A stretch of 11,846 bases of DNA from Arcobacter sp. (lineage in GTDB: Bacteria > Campylobacterota > Campylobacteria > Campylobacterales > Arcobacteraceae). Position 1 is the first letter of the stretch. Each line of letters opens with the position of its first letter. A model generated the notes under the pieces. That model had not been told where the DNA came from. It was given only the letters and a program-made list of their open reading frames with translations, and ran no database searches. Location of the stretch: positions 1-11,846 of the forward strand of contig CBFIGT010000068.1 in assembly GCA_965662175.1 (NCBI GenBank), in the 5' to 3' direction. Positions 1-9,044 of the stretch are shown here, in pieces. The translations under genes and the position numbers were made by a program.

Positions 1-191
1 CAGTTTATATTCTAACACTTCTATCAGGTATATTTTTACCTTTGAATTTAATAGTTGGTTTTTTTGGAATGAATACAACTTCTTTACCTTTTACTGAGGG
101 TAATGGGGGAACATTTTCTGTAATAAGTGTTTTAGTATTATCAGGTCTAATATCTACATTTTTAGTCTTTTTTATAAAAAAGAGAGGTTAG
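1..191 (+). CDS. CorA/ZntB-family divalent cation transporter, 3' end (5'-truncated by window)
   Basis: Not in ORF track. Frame 3 reads VYILTLLSGIFLPLNLIVGFFGMNTTSLPF...VFFIKKRG*, with the CorA GMN signature, two TM segments and a basic tail. TAG at 189-191. Confidence 0.9.
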   Translation, partial: VYILTLLSGIFLPLNLIVGFFGMNTTSLPFTEGNGGTFSVISVLVLSGLISTFLVFFIKKRG

Positions 192-192
192 T

Positions 193-708
193 ATGTTTGA
201 TAATAATCTAGTTTATTCACTAATAGTAGTTGTTATTTCTTATGTTTTATATAGATTTACAAACTATTTTATAACTAAGATTGGTAAAAGTAAAAATATA
301 ATTCCTAAAAGAGTATTTTATGTTGTGAAGTTTTCACAATTTATTATATTTATACTTTTATTAATGGCCTTATCAATAATTTGGAATGTACAATTTGGTG
401 GAATAATGGTATTTGCTTCATCAATTTTTGCAGTTATTGGTGTGGCTTTATTTGCCCAATGGTCGATTTTAAGTAATTTAACAGCTAGTATTATAATATT
501 TTTTACATTTCCAGCTAGGGTAGGGGATAAAATAAAAATATTAGATGGAGATAACTCCATAACAGGAGAGATAAAAGAGATTTCTCTTTTTCAAATAGAG
601 ATTGTTGATGAAGAGCATAATGTAATTTTATACCCTAATAATTTATTTATTCAAAAACCAATAGTAAAAATAAAAAAAGAGAAAAAAGTTGTTATTGAGA
701 GTATCTAA
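193..708 (+). CDS. Small-conductance mechanosensitive channel (MscS family), short form
   Basis: Hydrophobic N-terminal helices, then LSNLTASIIIFFTFPARVGDKIKI..GEIKEISLF..YPN (MscS TM3/beta domain). GAGG upstream, 1 nt after the corA stop. Confidence 0.88.
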   Translation: MFDNNLVYSLIVVVISYVLYRFTNYFITKIGKSKNIIPKRVFYVVKFSQFIIFILLLMALSIIWNVQFGGIMVFASSIFAVIGVALFAQWSILSNLTASIIIFFTFPARVGDKIKILDGDNSITGEIKEISLFQIEIVDEEHNVILYPNNLFIQKPIVKIKKEKKVVIESI

Positions 709-721
709 ACTAAAAGTTTAG
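705..721. terminator. Possible bidirectional hairpin between convergent genes
   Basis: Perfect inverted repeat CTAAACT-aaa-AGTTTAG spanning the 13-nt gap between the mscS stop and the peptidase stop. AT-rich and weak. Confidence 0.4.
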
Positions 722-1762
722 CTACTCTTTTTCCAAATAAAGTTTTGATAAAATTAATAACATTGTATCAATAGATTTTTTGGTTGTTGTTTCTTCTACC
801 GTATGATAACCAATAGTTGGAATTTGTAGAGTTGTACCTTGAATTTCACCTTTTGTGGCATCAATTATTCTTCCTAACTCTGTAACTCCTAAAGAACCTT
901 TTGTGTTATTTGAGGCCATTATATTTTCTAAATAGGCATCTTTATAGTGATAGTTTATACCATTTTCAATCACAATTTTTTTGATTTTAGCCTCTAAGGG
1001 TGACCTGAAATAGGCATTTTCATCTTTATTTCTTAGTACAATATCTAAGTGAGTTATATCCTCAACACTACTATATGGGCTTGTATCTAAAACCAATAAC
1101 TCATTTGTACTTAAATCAAATCTTTTAAAATACTCTAATAAAAATCTCCAACTTTTCCCAGCCTCTTCACTTGCTGTAAAAAATGCAGTTCCTTGGTAAC
1201 CTAATTGATACATATATATAATAACAGCAATAGAGATAACATTATCAAGTTGTGCTGAAACTAATCCATCATCACTAATTTCTAATGAATCCATAAAAGC
1301 AATAGCAGTACCTGGAAAAAGGTGGTCAAAACCATCAATTTTAAAAATAATATTATTTCTTCTATTACATAAAAAAGCATCTTTTATTGTACCAAGACCT
1401 AAATAACTCCCCGACCAAGGTTCATAAGCTTGAACTTTTTGATCCATAAATCTCATTTCAAAGTTTTTAAGCAGTTTTTCTGAGTTGGAATTTCCCCTTA
1501 AGTCAGCTTGGTTTTTTGCAATAAAAGCAGCATATTGAAACTCATTATGTCCTGTACAAATAAGTCCATGTCTATCAGCATGTCCTGAAATATAGCCACT
1601 TTTAGGGTCATTTCCTTTTGCAACTAAAACCCCATCATAATACTCTACATTTACATTAAGCTCTTCTAACTCTCTTTTTACTCTTATAAAAAAAGGATGT
1701 TCAGCTCCTACAACACTTGGTGTTCTAATTAATTGTTTTAAAATATCGTAAAATTTTTCCAT
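722..1762 (-). CDS. M42-like (M20/M28/M42 clan) dinuclear metallopeptidase
   Basis: Metal and catalytic motifs in M42 order: PSVVGAE, GHADRHG, AQLDN, SEEAG, VLDTS, GYHT. TAATG overlap with the upstream gene at 1762. Confidence 0.8.
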   Translation of the reverse strand: MEKFYDILKQLIRTPSVVGAEHPFFIRVKRELEELNVNVEYYDGVLVAKGNDPKSGYISGHADRHGLICTGHNEFQYAAFIAKNQADLRGNSNSEKLLKNFEMRFMDQKVQAYEPWSGSYLGLGTIKDAFLCNRRNNIIFKIDGFDHLFPGTAIAFMDSLEISDDGLVSAQLDNVISIAVIIYMYQLGYQGTAFFTASEEAGKSWRFLLEYFKRFDLSTNELLVLDTSPYSSVEDITHLDIVLRNKDENAYFRSPLEAKIKKIVIENGINYHYKDAYLENIMASNNTKGSLGVTELGRIIDATKGEIQGTTLQIPTIGYHTVEETTTKKSIDTMLLILSKLYLEKE

Positions 1763-2820
1763 TATTCTATTATCTCTTCATTATTTAATTCGTAAAATTC
1801 ACTTTGTTTAATTGCATCTTCATTAAAATATTCCATTTTATTTTCAGCAATCTCTAGATTTCTAAATTTGGCAATATGAAAAATTGCATCTCCCTCTTGA
1901 ACCAAAGGAATTTCAGATTTACCAATAATAACACCATCAAAAGGTGCAACAATAGGAAAAGTATCATCATCTAAAGGTTCATCAATATAAGCAATAACTT
2001 CACCCTCTTTAACAGTATCACCTAAAGCTTTTATGGTTCTTACCATTCCACTCTCATTTGTTCTAATCCAACGACTAGATTTTGATGTAATTGGAGTTTT
2101 TTTAGTTTTTCTAAGAACTTTTGGAAGCATATCATTCTCTCTTAGAACATTTATAATTCCTTTTACTCCAATTCTAATACAAGTTTCATCAAATCTTAAA
2201 GCTTCACCTGCTTCATAAAGTAAAATTGGAACTCCCATCTCTTGGGCTTCTGCTCTTAATGAACCATCTCTTAACTCAGAGTGTAAAATAACAGGTGCTT
2301 CAAAGGCTTTTGCTAATTTGAAAGTATACTCATTCTCTACATTTGTTCTAATTTGTGGTAAATTAGATTTATGAATAGAGGCTGTATGTAAATCAATTCC
2401 TAAATCACATTTTGAAACAACTTCATCAAAAAATATTTTTGCAATTCTACTAGCTATTGAGCCTTTAACACTTCCAGGGAAACTTCTATTTAAGTCTCTT
2501 CTATCGGGTAAATACCTTGAAAGTGTCATAATTCCATAAACATTTACAATTGGTACAAGAATTACTGTACCTTTTAATCTTTTTAAAATGTTTAGTTTTC
2601 TAACTCTTCTTATAATCTCAATACCATTTAATTCATCACCATGTATTGCAGCACTTATAAAAACAGTTGGCCCATTTCTTTTACCTCTTATTACTCTTAT
2701 TGGTAAATGAGTTGGTGTATTATAAAGTTTTGGTAGTTCAAGATTTACTTTTATCTCTTTACCTTTTGGAATATTAACACCAGCTATAACTAATGAATTA
2801 TTAGTTAAATTATGCTCCAA
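1762..2820 (-). CDS. Succinylglutamate desuccinylase/aspartoacylase-family (M14) hydrolase, RimK-associated
   Basis: [26 protein letters not shown] and YEAGE motifs plus a C-terminal lipoyl-like domain. Start revised to TTG 2820, 7 nt after AAGGA; the ORF track gives 2856. Confidence 0.88.
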   Translation of the reverse strand: MEHNLTNNSLVIAGVNIPKGKEIKVNLELPKLYNTPTHLPIRVIRGKRNGPTVFISAAIHGDELNGIEIIRRVRKLNILKRLKGTVILVPIVNVYGIMTLSRYLPDRRDLNRSFPGSVKGSIASRIAKIFFDEVVSKCDLGIDLHTASIHKSNLPQIRTNVENEYTFKLAKAFEAPVILHSELRDGSLRAEAQEMGVPILLYEAGEALRFDETCIRIGVKGIINVLRENDMLPKVLRKTKKTPITSKSSRWIRTNESGMVRTIKALGDTVKEGEVIAYIDEPLDDDTFPIVAPFDGVIIGKSEIPLVQEGDAIFHIAKFRNLEIAENKMEYFNEDAIKQSEFYELNNEEIIE

Positions 2821-3748
2821 TATTATCCTTTTTAACTCTTTTTTTCTTTTTAACAACTTCAGTTGGACAAGATGGTGTTACATTTGCTTCAATATAATCC
2901 ATAATTTTGCCAGCAATATCAATTTGTGTAGATTTTTCAATTCCCTCAAGACCTGGACTTGAGTTAACCTCCATTACTAAAGGACCTCTTGATGATGGAA
3001 TCATATCAACTCCACAAACTCCAAGACCCATATGTTTTGCAGCAGCTAAGGCTGTTGCTTTCTCTTTTCTTGTTAATTTATGAGCTGTTGCACTTCCACC
3101 TTGGTGTAAGTTTGACCTAAAATCACCCTCAGCACCTTGTCTTTTCATAGCACCAACAACCTCTCCATTTACAACAAGAACTCTAATATCAGCACCACCT
3201 GCTTCTTCTATGTATTCTTGAACAAGTAAGTTTACATCCATTCCATAAAATGCATCAAGTACTGATTTAGCAGCTTTTTCACTATCAACTAAAACAACAC
3301 CAACACCTTGAGTTCCCTCTAAGATTTTAAGAACCAAAGGAGCTCCACCACTTAAGGCAATAACATCTTTTGCAGTTGATTTATTTGAAGCAAATACAGT
3401 TTTTGGCATATCAACACCATGTTTTGATAAAATCTGTAAACTTCTTAATTTATCTCTACTTCTAGCAATTGCTAAACTACCACTTGTAGAAAATACATCC
3501 ATCATCTCAAAGTGTCTAACCATTGCAGTTCCATAAAATGTTCTACTAGCTCCAATTCTTGGAATAATAGCATCAGGAATTGGTAACTCTTCACCTTTAT
3601 AGTTGATTCTTAGTTCACCTTTCATAATCTCTATTGCACATTTTAAATAATCAATAACTCTAACTTCCCAATTTTTCTGTTTTGCTGCTTCAACTAATCT
3701 TTTTGTTGAATAAAGACTTGAATTCCTTGATAATATGTATACTCTCAT
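2810..3748 (-). CDS. rimK: RimK-family ATP-grasp alpha-L-glutamate ligase
   Basis: [68 protein letters not shown] overlap with the upstream stop. Confidence 0.95.
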   Translation of the reverse strand: MRVYILSRNSSLYSTKRLVEAAKQKNWEVRVIDYLKCAIEIMKGELRINYKGEELPIPDAIIPRIGASRTFYGTAMVRHFEMMDVFSTSGSLAIARSRDKLRSLQILSKHGVDMPKTVFASNKSTAKDVIALSGGAPLVLKILEGTQGVGVVLVDSEKAAKSVLDAFYGMDVNLLVQEYIEEAGGADIRVLVVNGEVVGAMKRQGAEGDFRSNLHQGGSATAHKLTRKEKATALAAAKHMGLGVCGVDMIPSSRGPLVMEVNSSPGLEGIEKSTQIDIAGKIMDYIEANVTPSCPTEVVKKKKRVKKDNIGA

Positions 3749-4173
3749 TTATTTTCCTTATAATCACTATTTAAATACTCTTTTGATACGTCAACTAAAA
3801 ATCTATCATTTAAAAATCTTCTTCCAATAAGCATAGGAAATTTCATGTCTGCTCTATTTGTTAATGAGATTACACTCTTATATTTTTTCTTGAAAAATTT
3901 AACAGTAACTTTTATAGAAGCTCTTAATTGAACTTCACCATTTGAACTTTTTACTCTTTTTACTTTATATAATGGAAGGGTTAATCTTTTGCCATGATAA
4001 GAGGGATGAACTTCATCAAGTAGTGTAAAACTAACCATATCATTATCAATAATAATATCATCACAATGTAAAGCATTAGAGTCAGCACCCGTATCTACTT
4101 TAGCATCTAAATCAAACAATTCTAAATCAATAATTGAGATAGTTTCTTTTCTTCCAACAATTTTTTTTTCGAT
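3745..4173 (-). CDS. RimK-associated retropepsin-like protease (RimB-like, 'ATP-dependent Zn protease' family); start uncertain
   Basis: AKVDTGA aspartyl motif, VKSSNG and [13 protein letters not shown]. Family N-terminal motif IVGRKE lies in frame upstream of the track's TTG 4119. RBS AAGGA at 4185-4181 is 7 nt from ATC 4173. Confidence 0.85.
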   Translation of the reverse strand: MEKKIVGRKETISIIDLELFDLDAKVDTGADSNALHCDDIIIDNDMVSFTLLDEVHPSYHGKRLTLPLYKVKRVKSSNGEVQLRASIKVTVKFFKKKYKSVISLTNRADMKFPMLIGRRFLNDRFLVDVSKEYLNSDYKENK

Positions 4174-4198
4174 GACAAATTCCTTATATTTTTTTTAA

Positions 4199-4207
4199 AT
4201 TATATCA
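4199..4207 (-). promoter_or_regulatory. Extended -10 promoter for the rimB-like/rimK operon
   Basis: Perfect TGaTATAAT on the minus strand, ~13 nt upstream of the AAGGA RBS. Confidence 0.65.
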
Positions 4208-4273
4208 TAACCTTATATTAAAAAAATAGTATTTCTTTTTAAAATTTGTTTATTTCTTATTTATAAGCTTTTG

Positions 4274-4281
4274 GATAAAAT
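4274..4281 (+). promoter_or_regulatory. Putative -10 box for the antiporter gene
   Basis: gaTAAAAT (gnTAnAAT type) preceded by T-tracts. Divergent from the rim operon promoter. Confidence 0.45.
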
Positions 4282-4324
4282 AACTACTTTTTATAAAGAA
4301 TTAAAAATTTTAAAGGTTTTATTA

Positions 4325-5302
4325 ATGATGTTATTTTCACTAGCAATAATTGCTGGTTTTGTACTTTTGGTTTGGAGTGCTGATAGATTTGTTGAGGGAG
4401 CGGCATCAACTGCTAAACACCTTGGTATGCCAACTTTACTAATTGGTATTTTAATTGTAGGTTTTGGTACAAGTGCACCTGAGATGGTTGTTTCAGCAAT
4501 TGCTGCATATGAGGGAAATCCTGAATTAGCAATAGGAAACGGTATTGGTTCAAATATTGTAAACATCTCTTTGATTTTAGGTGTGACAGCTCTTGTAGCT
4601 CCTATTACAGTTCATTCAAATATTGTAAGAAAAGAGATTCCAATACTTTTAGCTTTGGTTATTTTTAGTGGTATTTTACTTTTTGATGATAGTTTGACAT
4701 TTTTTGAGGGAGTTTTATTAATCCTTGGATTTTTCTTTTTAATTGGATGGTCTGTATTTTCAGCTATACGAAATAAAGGTGATAATTTAGAGGAAGAATT
4801 AGAAAGTGAGTTGGAAGAGCATAGTATGAGCTTAAAAACTGGAATTATTTGGCTAGTAATTGGTTTAATTTTATTAATAGCAAGTTCTAGAGTTTTAGTT
4901 TGGGGTTCTGTTGGTATTGCTCATGAGTTTGGAGTTAGTGATTTAATAATAGGTTTAACAATTGTAGCTCTTGGTACATCATTACCTGAATTAGCAGCTT
5001 CTGTAATTGCTGCTAAAAAAGGTGAACATGATATAGCAATTGGAAATGTTGTTGGTTCTAATATGTTTAATATTTTAGCTGTAATTGGTATAGCAACTGT
5101 AATTTCTCCAATGGAAGCTATAAGTCCTGATGTATTAAATAGAGATTGGCTTGTTATGTTAGTTTTAACTTTAGTTTTATTATTTATGGCTTATGGCTTT
5201 AAAGGTAAGAATGGAAAAATAAATAGAGTTGAGGGAACAATTTTATTAATCTCTTATGTTGCATATAATATTTATATTGCATCTACAATTATTAATATTT
5301 AA
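4325..5302 (+). CDS. yrbG: Calcium/sodium antiporter (CaCA family, YrbG-like)
   Basis: Alpha repeats GFGTSAPE..GNGIGSNI and ALGTSLPE..GNVVGSNM, about 10 TM segments. Start revised to ATG 4325 (or 4328) after AAAGG; the track's TTG 4271 overlaps the promoter. Confidence 0.92.
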   Translation: MMLFSLAIIAGFVLLVWSADRFVEGAASTAKHLGMPTLLIGILIVGFGTSAPEMVVSAIAAYEGNPELAIGNGIGSNIVNISLILGVTALVAPITVHSNIVRKEIPILLALVIFSGILLFDDSLTFFEGVLLILGFFFLIGWSVFSAIRNKGDNLEEELESELEEHSMSLKTGIIWLVIGLILLIASSRVLVWGSVGIAHEFGVSDLIIGLTIVALGTSLPELAASVIAAKKGEHDIAIGNVVGSNMFNILAVIGIATVISPMEAISPDVLNRDWLVMLVLTLVLLFMAYGFKGKNGKINRVEGTILLISYVAYNIYIASTIINI

Positions 5303-5310
5303 TATTTTAG

Positions 5311-5318
5311 GCTACAAT
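5311..5318 (+). promoter_or_regulatory. Putative -10 box for the kinase gene
   Basis: gcTACAAT, 32 nt upstream of ATG 5351. Confidence 0.4.
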
Positions 5319-5350
5319 ATAGACTTATAAAATAGTAAAAGTAGTATATT

Positions 5351-6238
5351 ATGGATGATGAAAATCTATGGCAAAAAAGATATGAAAGAGAAAAAAAATC
5401 TAGAAAAGAGGCTGAAAAACTTTTAGAAGAGAAAAGTTATGAATTATATCATTTAAATGAAAACTTAAAAAAGAAAATTGATGATGAATTAATAAAAAGT
5501 AGAAAAAGAGAAAGATTTTTAGCTGAGCAATCAAAATTAGCAAGTATGGGCGAAATGATTGGAAATATTGCCCATCAATGGAGACAACCATTAAGTGCAA
5601 TAACCACATCAACAAGTGCTGCACAAATAAAAAAAGAGCTTGGTATTTTAGATGAAGATGAATTAGATAAACTTTTTCTACAAATAATTCAAAAGGCCAA
5701 TTTCCTATCAGAAACCATAGATGATTTTAGAAATTTTTTCAAAGTTGATAAAGAGAAGATTAATTTTAATATATTAGATATTGTGGAAAATGTTAAGAGC
5801 ATAGTTCATAGTATGTATCAAAATAATGATATTGAGTTGATTCAAAGTGAAGTTTTTTTGGATATTAATTATTATGGATTTCCAAATGAATTATCACAAG
5901 TTCTTTTAAATCTACTAAATAATGCAAGGGATGTTTTATTAGGGAAAGATATTAAAGATAAAAAAGTAAAAATAGAGATAGAAAAAATTTCTAATAAAAT
6001 TATTATAAAAGTTTTTGATAATGGAGGAGGTGTTCCTCTTCCTATAATAGATAAGATTTTTGAGCCATATTTTACTACAAAACATCAAACTCAAGGTACA
6101 GGTATTGGATTATATATGAGTAGAGAAATCATAAAAAATCATTTTTATGGGGAGTTACATATTGAAAATAACTACTTTACAATTGAAAATCAAAGATATT
6201 TTGGAGCATGTTTTAAAATCGAATTAAAATCGAATTAA
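5351..6238 (+). CDS. Cytoplasmic histidine kinase without sensor domain (coiled coil + HisKA + HATPase_c)
   Basis: H-box IAHQWRQPL, N-box NLLNNARD, DNGGG, FEPYFTTK, GTGIGL. No TM segment. Confidence 0.92.
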   Translation: MDDENLWQKRYEREKKSRKEAEKLLEEKSYELYHLNENLKKKIDDELIKSRKRERFLAEQSKLASMGEMIGNIAHQWRQPLSAITTSTSAAQIKKELGILDEDELDKLFLQIIQKANFLSETIDDFRNFFKVDKEKINFNILDIVENVKSIVHSMYQNNDIELIQSEVFLDINYYGFPNELSQVLLNLLNNARDVLLGKDIKDKKVKIEIEKISNKIIIKVFDNGGGVPLPIIDKIFEPYFTTKHQTQGTGIGLYMSREIIKNHFYGELHIENNYFTIENQRYFGACFKIELKSN

Positions 6239-6239
6239 A
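6213..6239 (+). repeat. 11-bp tandem duplication at the kinase 3' end
   Basis: TTAAAATCGAA TTAAAATCGAA TTAAA; contains the stop codon. Confidence 0.7.
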
Positions 6240-6453
6240 TAAGAGTTTCTTTTTCTATTTTAGGCTTTAATTTTTAATGTAAAGTTAGTTAATTCTTCCA
6301 TAAGCAATATTGTACTTAATTAATTATTTATTTAGCTTTATAAATTATGTGAAATTATTAATTAAATAAAATAAATAGAATTAAAGGATATTAATATTAG
6401 AATAATTAATAATTATACAATATAGGATACCAACTTACAGTGATACTATTTTC

Positions 6454-8502
6454 ATGAAATTTTTTTTTACTAAGAACTTAATTATATTTATTAGCTCTTT
6501 TTTTTCATTATTATTATTGTTTTTAATTTATAGAGACAATATACATTTTATTTTTTATTTTACTATATTATTTATAATCTTTTTTTACTTTTTTTATAGA
6601 AGTGAAAAAAGAAATAGTGAACTTATAAAAAATTTAGAGTTAGAAAAGTTAAAGTTTGAGAAGCTTTTAGATACAAATTTAGAGGGTATACATCTTTTAG
6701 ATAAAAAAGGAAATGTTATATTTTGCAATAAAGGTTTTGCAAATATGCTTGGATACTCTTACGAAGAAGCAAAAAAACTAAATATATCTAATTGGAATAA
6801 TAGTGCAAAAAATAGAGAAGAAGAGTATATAAATGTTGCACTTAAAAATGATGGAATAAACAATTATAATACCCATAATATAAAAAAAGACGGAACACAA
6901 ATTGATGTAAATGTAAATGCTACAAATATAGTTTTAGATGGAAAAGAGTATTTTTATGCTTCATCTAGGGATATTACCAAATTATTAGATTTACAAGAAA
7001 AAGCAAAGTTAACACAAAACCTTAAAAAAACTCAAGAACTAGCTAAAATATGTAGTTTTTCACATGATTTACAAAGTGATGAGATTTTGTTTAGTGACTA
7101 TTTTTATAAACTATTAAATATAGAGAAAGATAAAAAAATACTCTTTTCTGATTTTTTAAATATGATTCATCCTGATGATGTTTCAAAAGTAGAAGAAGCT
7201 AGATTAAAAAATGAAACTGAAAACTATAATTTTGAGCTTGAGTTTAGAGTTTGTACTTCTGAGGGCTTAATAAAGTATATTTATGCAAATTGGCAAAATA
7301 TAAAAAATGAATCAAAAGTTATCTTTGTTGAGGGATATTTACAAGATGTTACAGAAAAAGAGATATCTAAAAAAAGAGATAAATTACAAAGTAAACTAGT
7401 ATTAAAACAAAATAATGATTTGCAAGAAAAAAATGAGATTATTAGTAAATATGTAATTTTATCAAGTACTAATTTAGATGGAGTTATTTTAGAAGTTAGT
7501 GATGCTTTTTGTAAGTTAAGTGGCTATTCAAAAGAGGAACTTATAGGTAAAACCCATAGAATGGTTAGACATAAAAATACATCAGATGAACTAATTTCAT
7601 CAATTTGGAATAAAATTACAAATTTGAAAACTTGGCAGGGAATTATTGAGAATAGGGCAAAAGATGGTACGAGCTATTTTGTAGATGCAACAATTTATCC
7701 ACAATTTAATAAAAATGGTGAACATGTGGGATATATCTCAACAAGAGTTGATATAACTCAAAACATCTTAGCTCAAAATAAGCAAAAAGAGCAAGAGTTA
7801 ATGCTTATTCAACAAAATAGATTAGCCCAATTAGGTGAAATGATATCAATGATTGCACACCAATGGAGACAACCATTGACAATATTAGTATCAAAATTAG
7901 ATAAACTAAAAGTTTTAAAAGAGCTTGATATGTTAGATGATGAAACTTTTAAAAATCAACATCAATCAATACGAAAAAATATTGAGCATATGTCTAGTAC
8001 AATAGAAGATTTTAGAAATTTTTATAAAGAGGATAAAGAGAAAAAAGATTTTAATTTAGCAAAAACAATTGATAGTATGTTGGAGTTAATTGGTATTGAT
8101 ATTTATAAAAATAAGATAAGTTTAGATGTTAAAATTGATGAGAGCTTAATAATACACTCAAATGAGAGCGAGTTAAAACAAGTAATATTATCTTTAGTTT
8201 CAAATGCAAAAGATGCACTCTTAAACAATAATAAAGAGAATAAGTATGTAAAAATTTATACACTTTTAGAAAATAAAAGAGTTTTTATATTTGTTGAAGA
8301 TAATGCAGGTGGAATACCCCTTAATATTCAAGATAAGGTATTTGAACCATATTTCACTACAAAAAGTGATTTAAATGGAACAGGATTAGGTTTATATATG
8401 GCTAAAATGGTTGTTGAAAAATCTTTAAATGGTATAATCACATTTGAAGTAAATAAAGTTGGTACTATATTTAAAATTAGTTTACCTTTTGGAGAAAAAT
8501 AA
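6454..8502 (+). CDS. Membrane-anchored multi-PAS sensor histidine kinase
   Basis: Two N-terminal TM segments, three PAS/PAC modules (NKGFANMLGYS; IHPDD; SDAFCKLSGYSKEELIGKTH..NRAKDG), IAHQWRQPL, DNAGG, GTGLGL. Confidence 0.93.
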   Translation: MKFFFTKNLIIFISSFFSLLLLFLIYRDNIHFIFYFTILFIIFFYFFYRSEKRNSELIKNLELEKLKFEKLLDTNLEGIHLLDKKGNVIFCNKGFANMLGYSYEEAKKLNISNWNNSAKNREEEYINVALKNDGINNYNTHNIKKDGTQIDVNVNATNIVLDGKEYFYASSRDITKLLDLQEKAKLTQNLKKTQELAKICSFSHDLQSDEILFSDYFYKLLNIEKDKKILFSDFLNMIHPDDVSKVEEARLKNETENYNFELEFRVCTSEGLIKYIYANWQNIKNESKVIFVEGYLQDVTEKEISKKRDKLQSKLVLKQNNDLQEKNEIISKYVILSSTNLDGVILEVSDAFCKLSGYSKEELIGKTHRMVRHKNTSDELISSIWNKITNLKTWQGIIENRAKDGTSYFVDATIYPQFNKNGEHVGYISTRVDITQNILAQNKQKEQELMLIQQNRLAQLGEMISMIAHQWRQPLTILVSKLDKLKVLKELDMLDDETFKNQHQSIRKNIEHMSSTIEDFRNFYKEDKEKKDFNLAKTIDSMLELIGIDIYKNKISLDVKIDESLIIHSNESELKQVILSLVSNAKDALLNNNKENKYVKIYTLLENKRVFIFVEDNAGGIPLNIQDKVFEPYFTTKSDLNGTGLGLYMAKMVVEKSLNGIITFEVNKVGTIFKISLPFGEK

Positions 8503-8907
8503 ATGAATTATATTAAAGAACTTAAAGAAGTAGCAATTGATAAAAAATTGCTGATAGTTGAAGATGAACTGGAATTAAATAGTGAATTAGCAGATTTATT
8601 TGATATTTTTTTCACAGATGTAGATACATCTTTTGATGGTGAAAATGGGCTTCAAAAAATTTTAGAAAATGATTATGATGTAGTATTAAGTGATATTGAT
8701 ATGCCAATTTTAAATGGTATTTCAATGATTGAAAAAGCAAAAACAAAAAAAGAGAATCTTTCGTTTATTATATTATCTGGAAGATTAGGTGAACATAGTG
8801 ATGATTTTGAAAAATTAAATATCAAATATACTTGCGATAAACCATATGATTTAGATTTGCTTTTCTCTCAATTAATAGAAATATTAGGGAGTAAAAGTAT
8901 AAACTAA
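8503..8907 (+). CDS. Single-domain response regulator (receiver only)
   Basis: LIVEDE, LSDIDMP phospho-Asp, ILSG, KP. GGAG RBS; abuts the kinase stop. Confidence 0.9.
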   Translation: MNYIKELKEVAIDKKLLIVEDELELNSELADLFDIFFTDVDTSFDGENGLQKILENDYDVVLSDIDMPILNGISMIEKAKTKKENLSFIILSGRLGEHSDDFEKLNIKYTCDKPYDLDLLFSQLIEILGSKSIN

Positions 8908-8924
8908 ATATTTAAAGACTTTTA

Positions 8925-8973
8925 AGCTGGTAGATACTATATTTTTACTTTATATCTTACATTTCTACCAGCT
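8925..8973. repeat. 10-bp perfect inverted repeat, possible terminator or RNA stem
   Basis: AGCTGGTAGA (8925-8934) and TCTACCAGCT (8964-8973) with a 29-nt AT-rich loop, just after the response regulator stop. Confidence 0.55.
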
Positions 8974-9044
8974 GTGCCTTCAACTTGTTTAAAATTTGGG
9001 TAATCTTGATGCTGCTATATCCATTTAATAATTCTTTCTTTCAT
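8937..9044 (-). pseudogene. Amber-interrupted mini-ORF or gene remnant
   Basis: AAGGA-6nt-ATG, then MKERIIKWI*QHQDYPNFKQVEGTAGRNVRYKVKI* with an internal TAG at codon 10. Confidence 0.4.

Noticed and set aside
318..560. 80-aa minus-strand ORF
   Set aside because: Antisense shadow of mscS; no motif.
2033..2218. 61-aa plus-strand ORF
   Set aside because: Antisense shadow of the M14 hydrolase gene.
2821..2856. ORF-track N-terminal extension of the M14 hydrolase (likewise 4271-4324 and 11280-11327)
   Set aside because: Better SD-linked starts exist downstream (2820, 4325, 11279), and the extensions overlap rimK or presumed promoter DNA.
4291..4566. 91-aa minus-strand ORF
   Set aside because: Antisense shadow of yrbG.
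5400..5624. 74-aa minus-strand ORF
   Set aside because: Antisense to the kinase; its hydrophobicity just mirrors the A-rich sense codons.
6300..6420. Apparent palindromes in the AT-rich spacer
   Set aside because: Near-pure A/T composition makes such matches expected by chance.
8937..9044. Stop-codon reassignment or pyrrolysine read-through of TAG
   Set aside because: TAG is used as a real stop by corA, the M42-like gene and the Xis-like gene, and no recoding machinery is visible.
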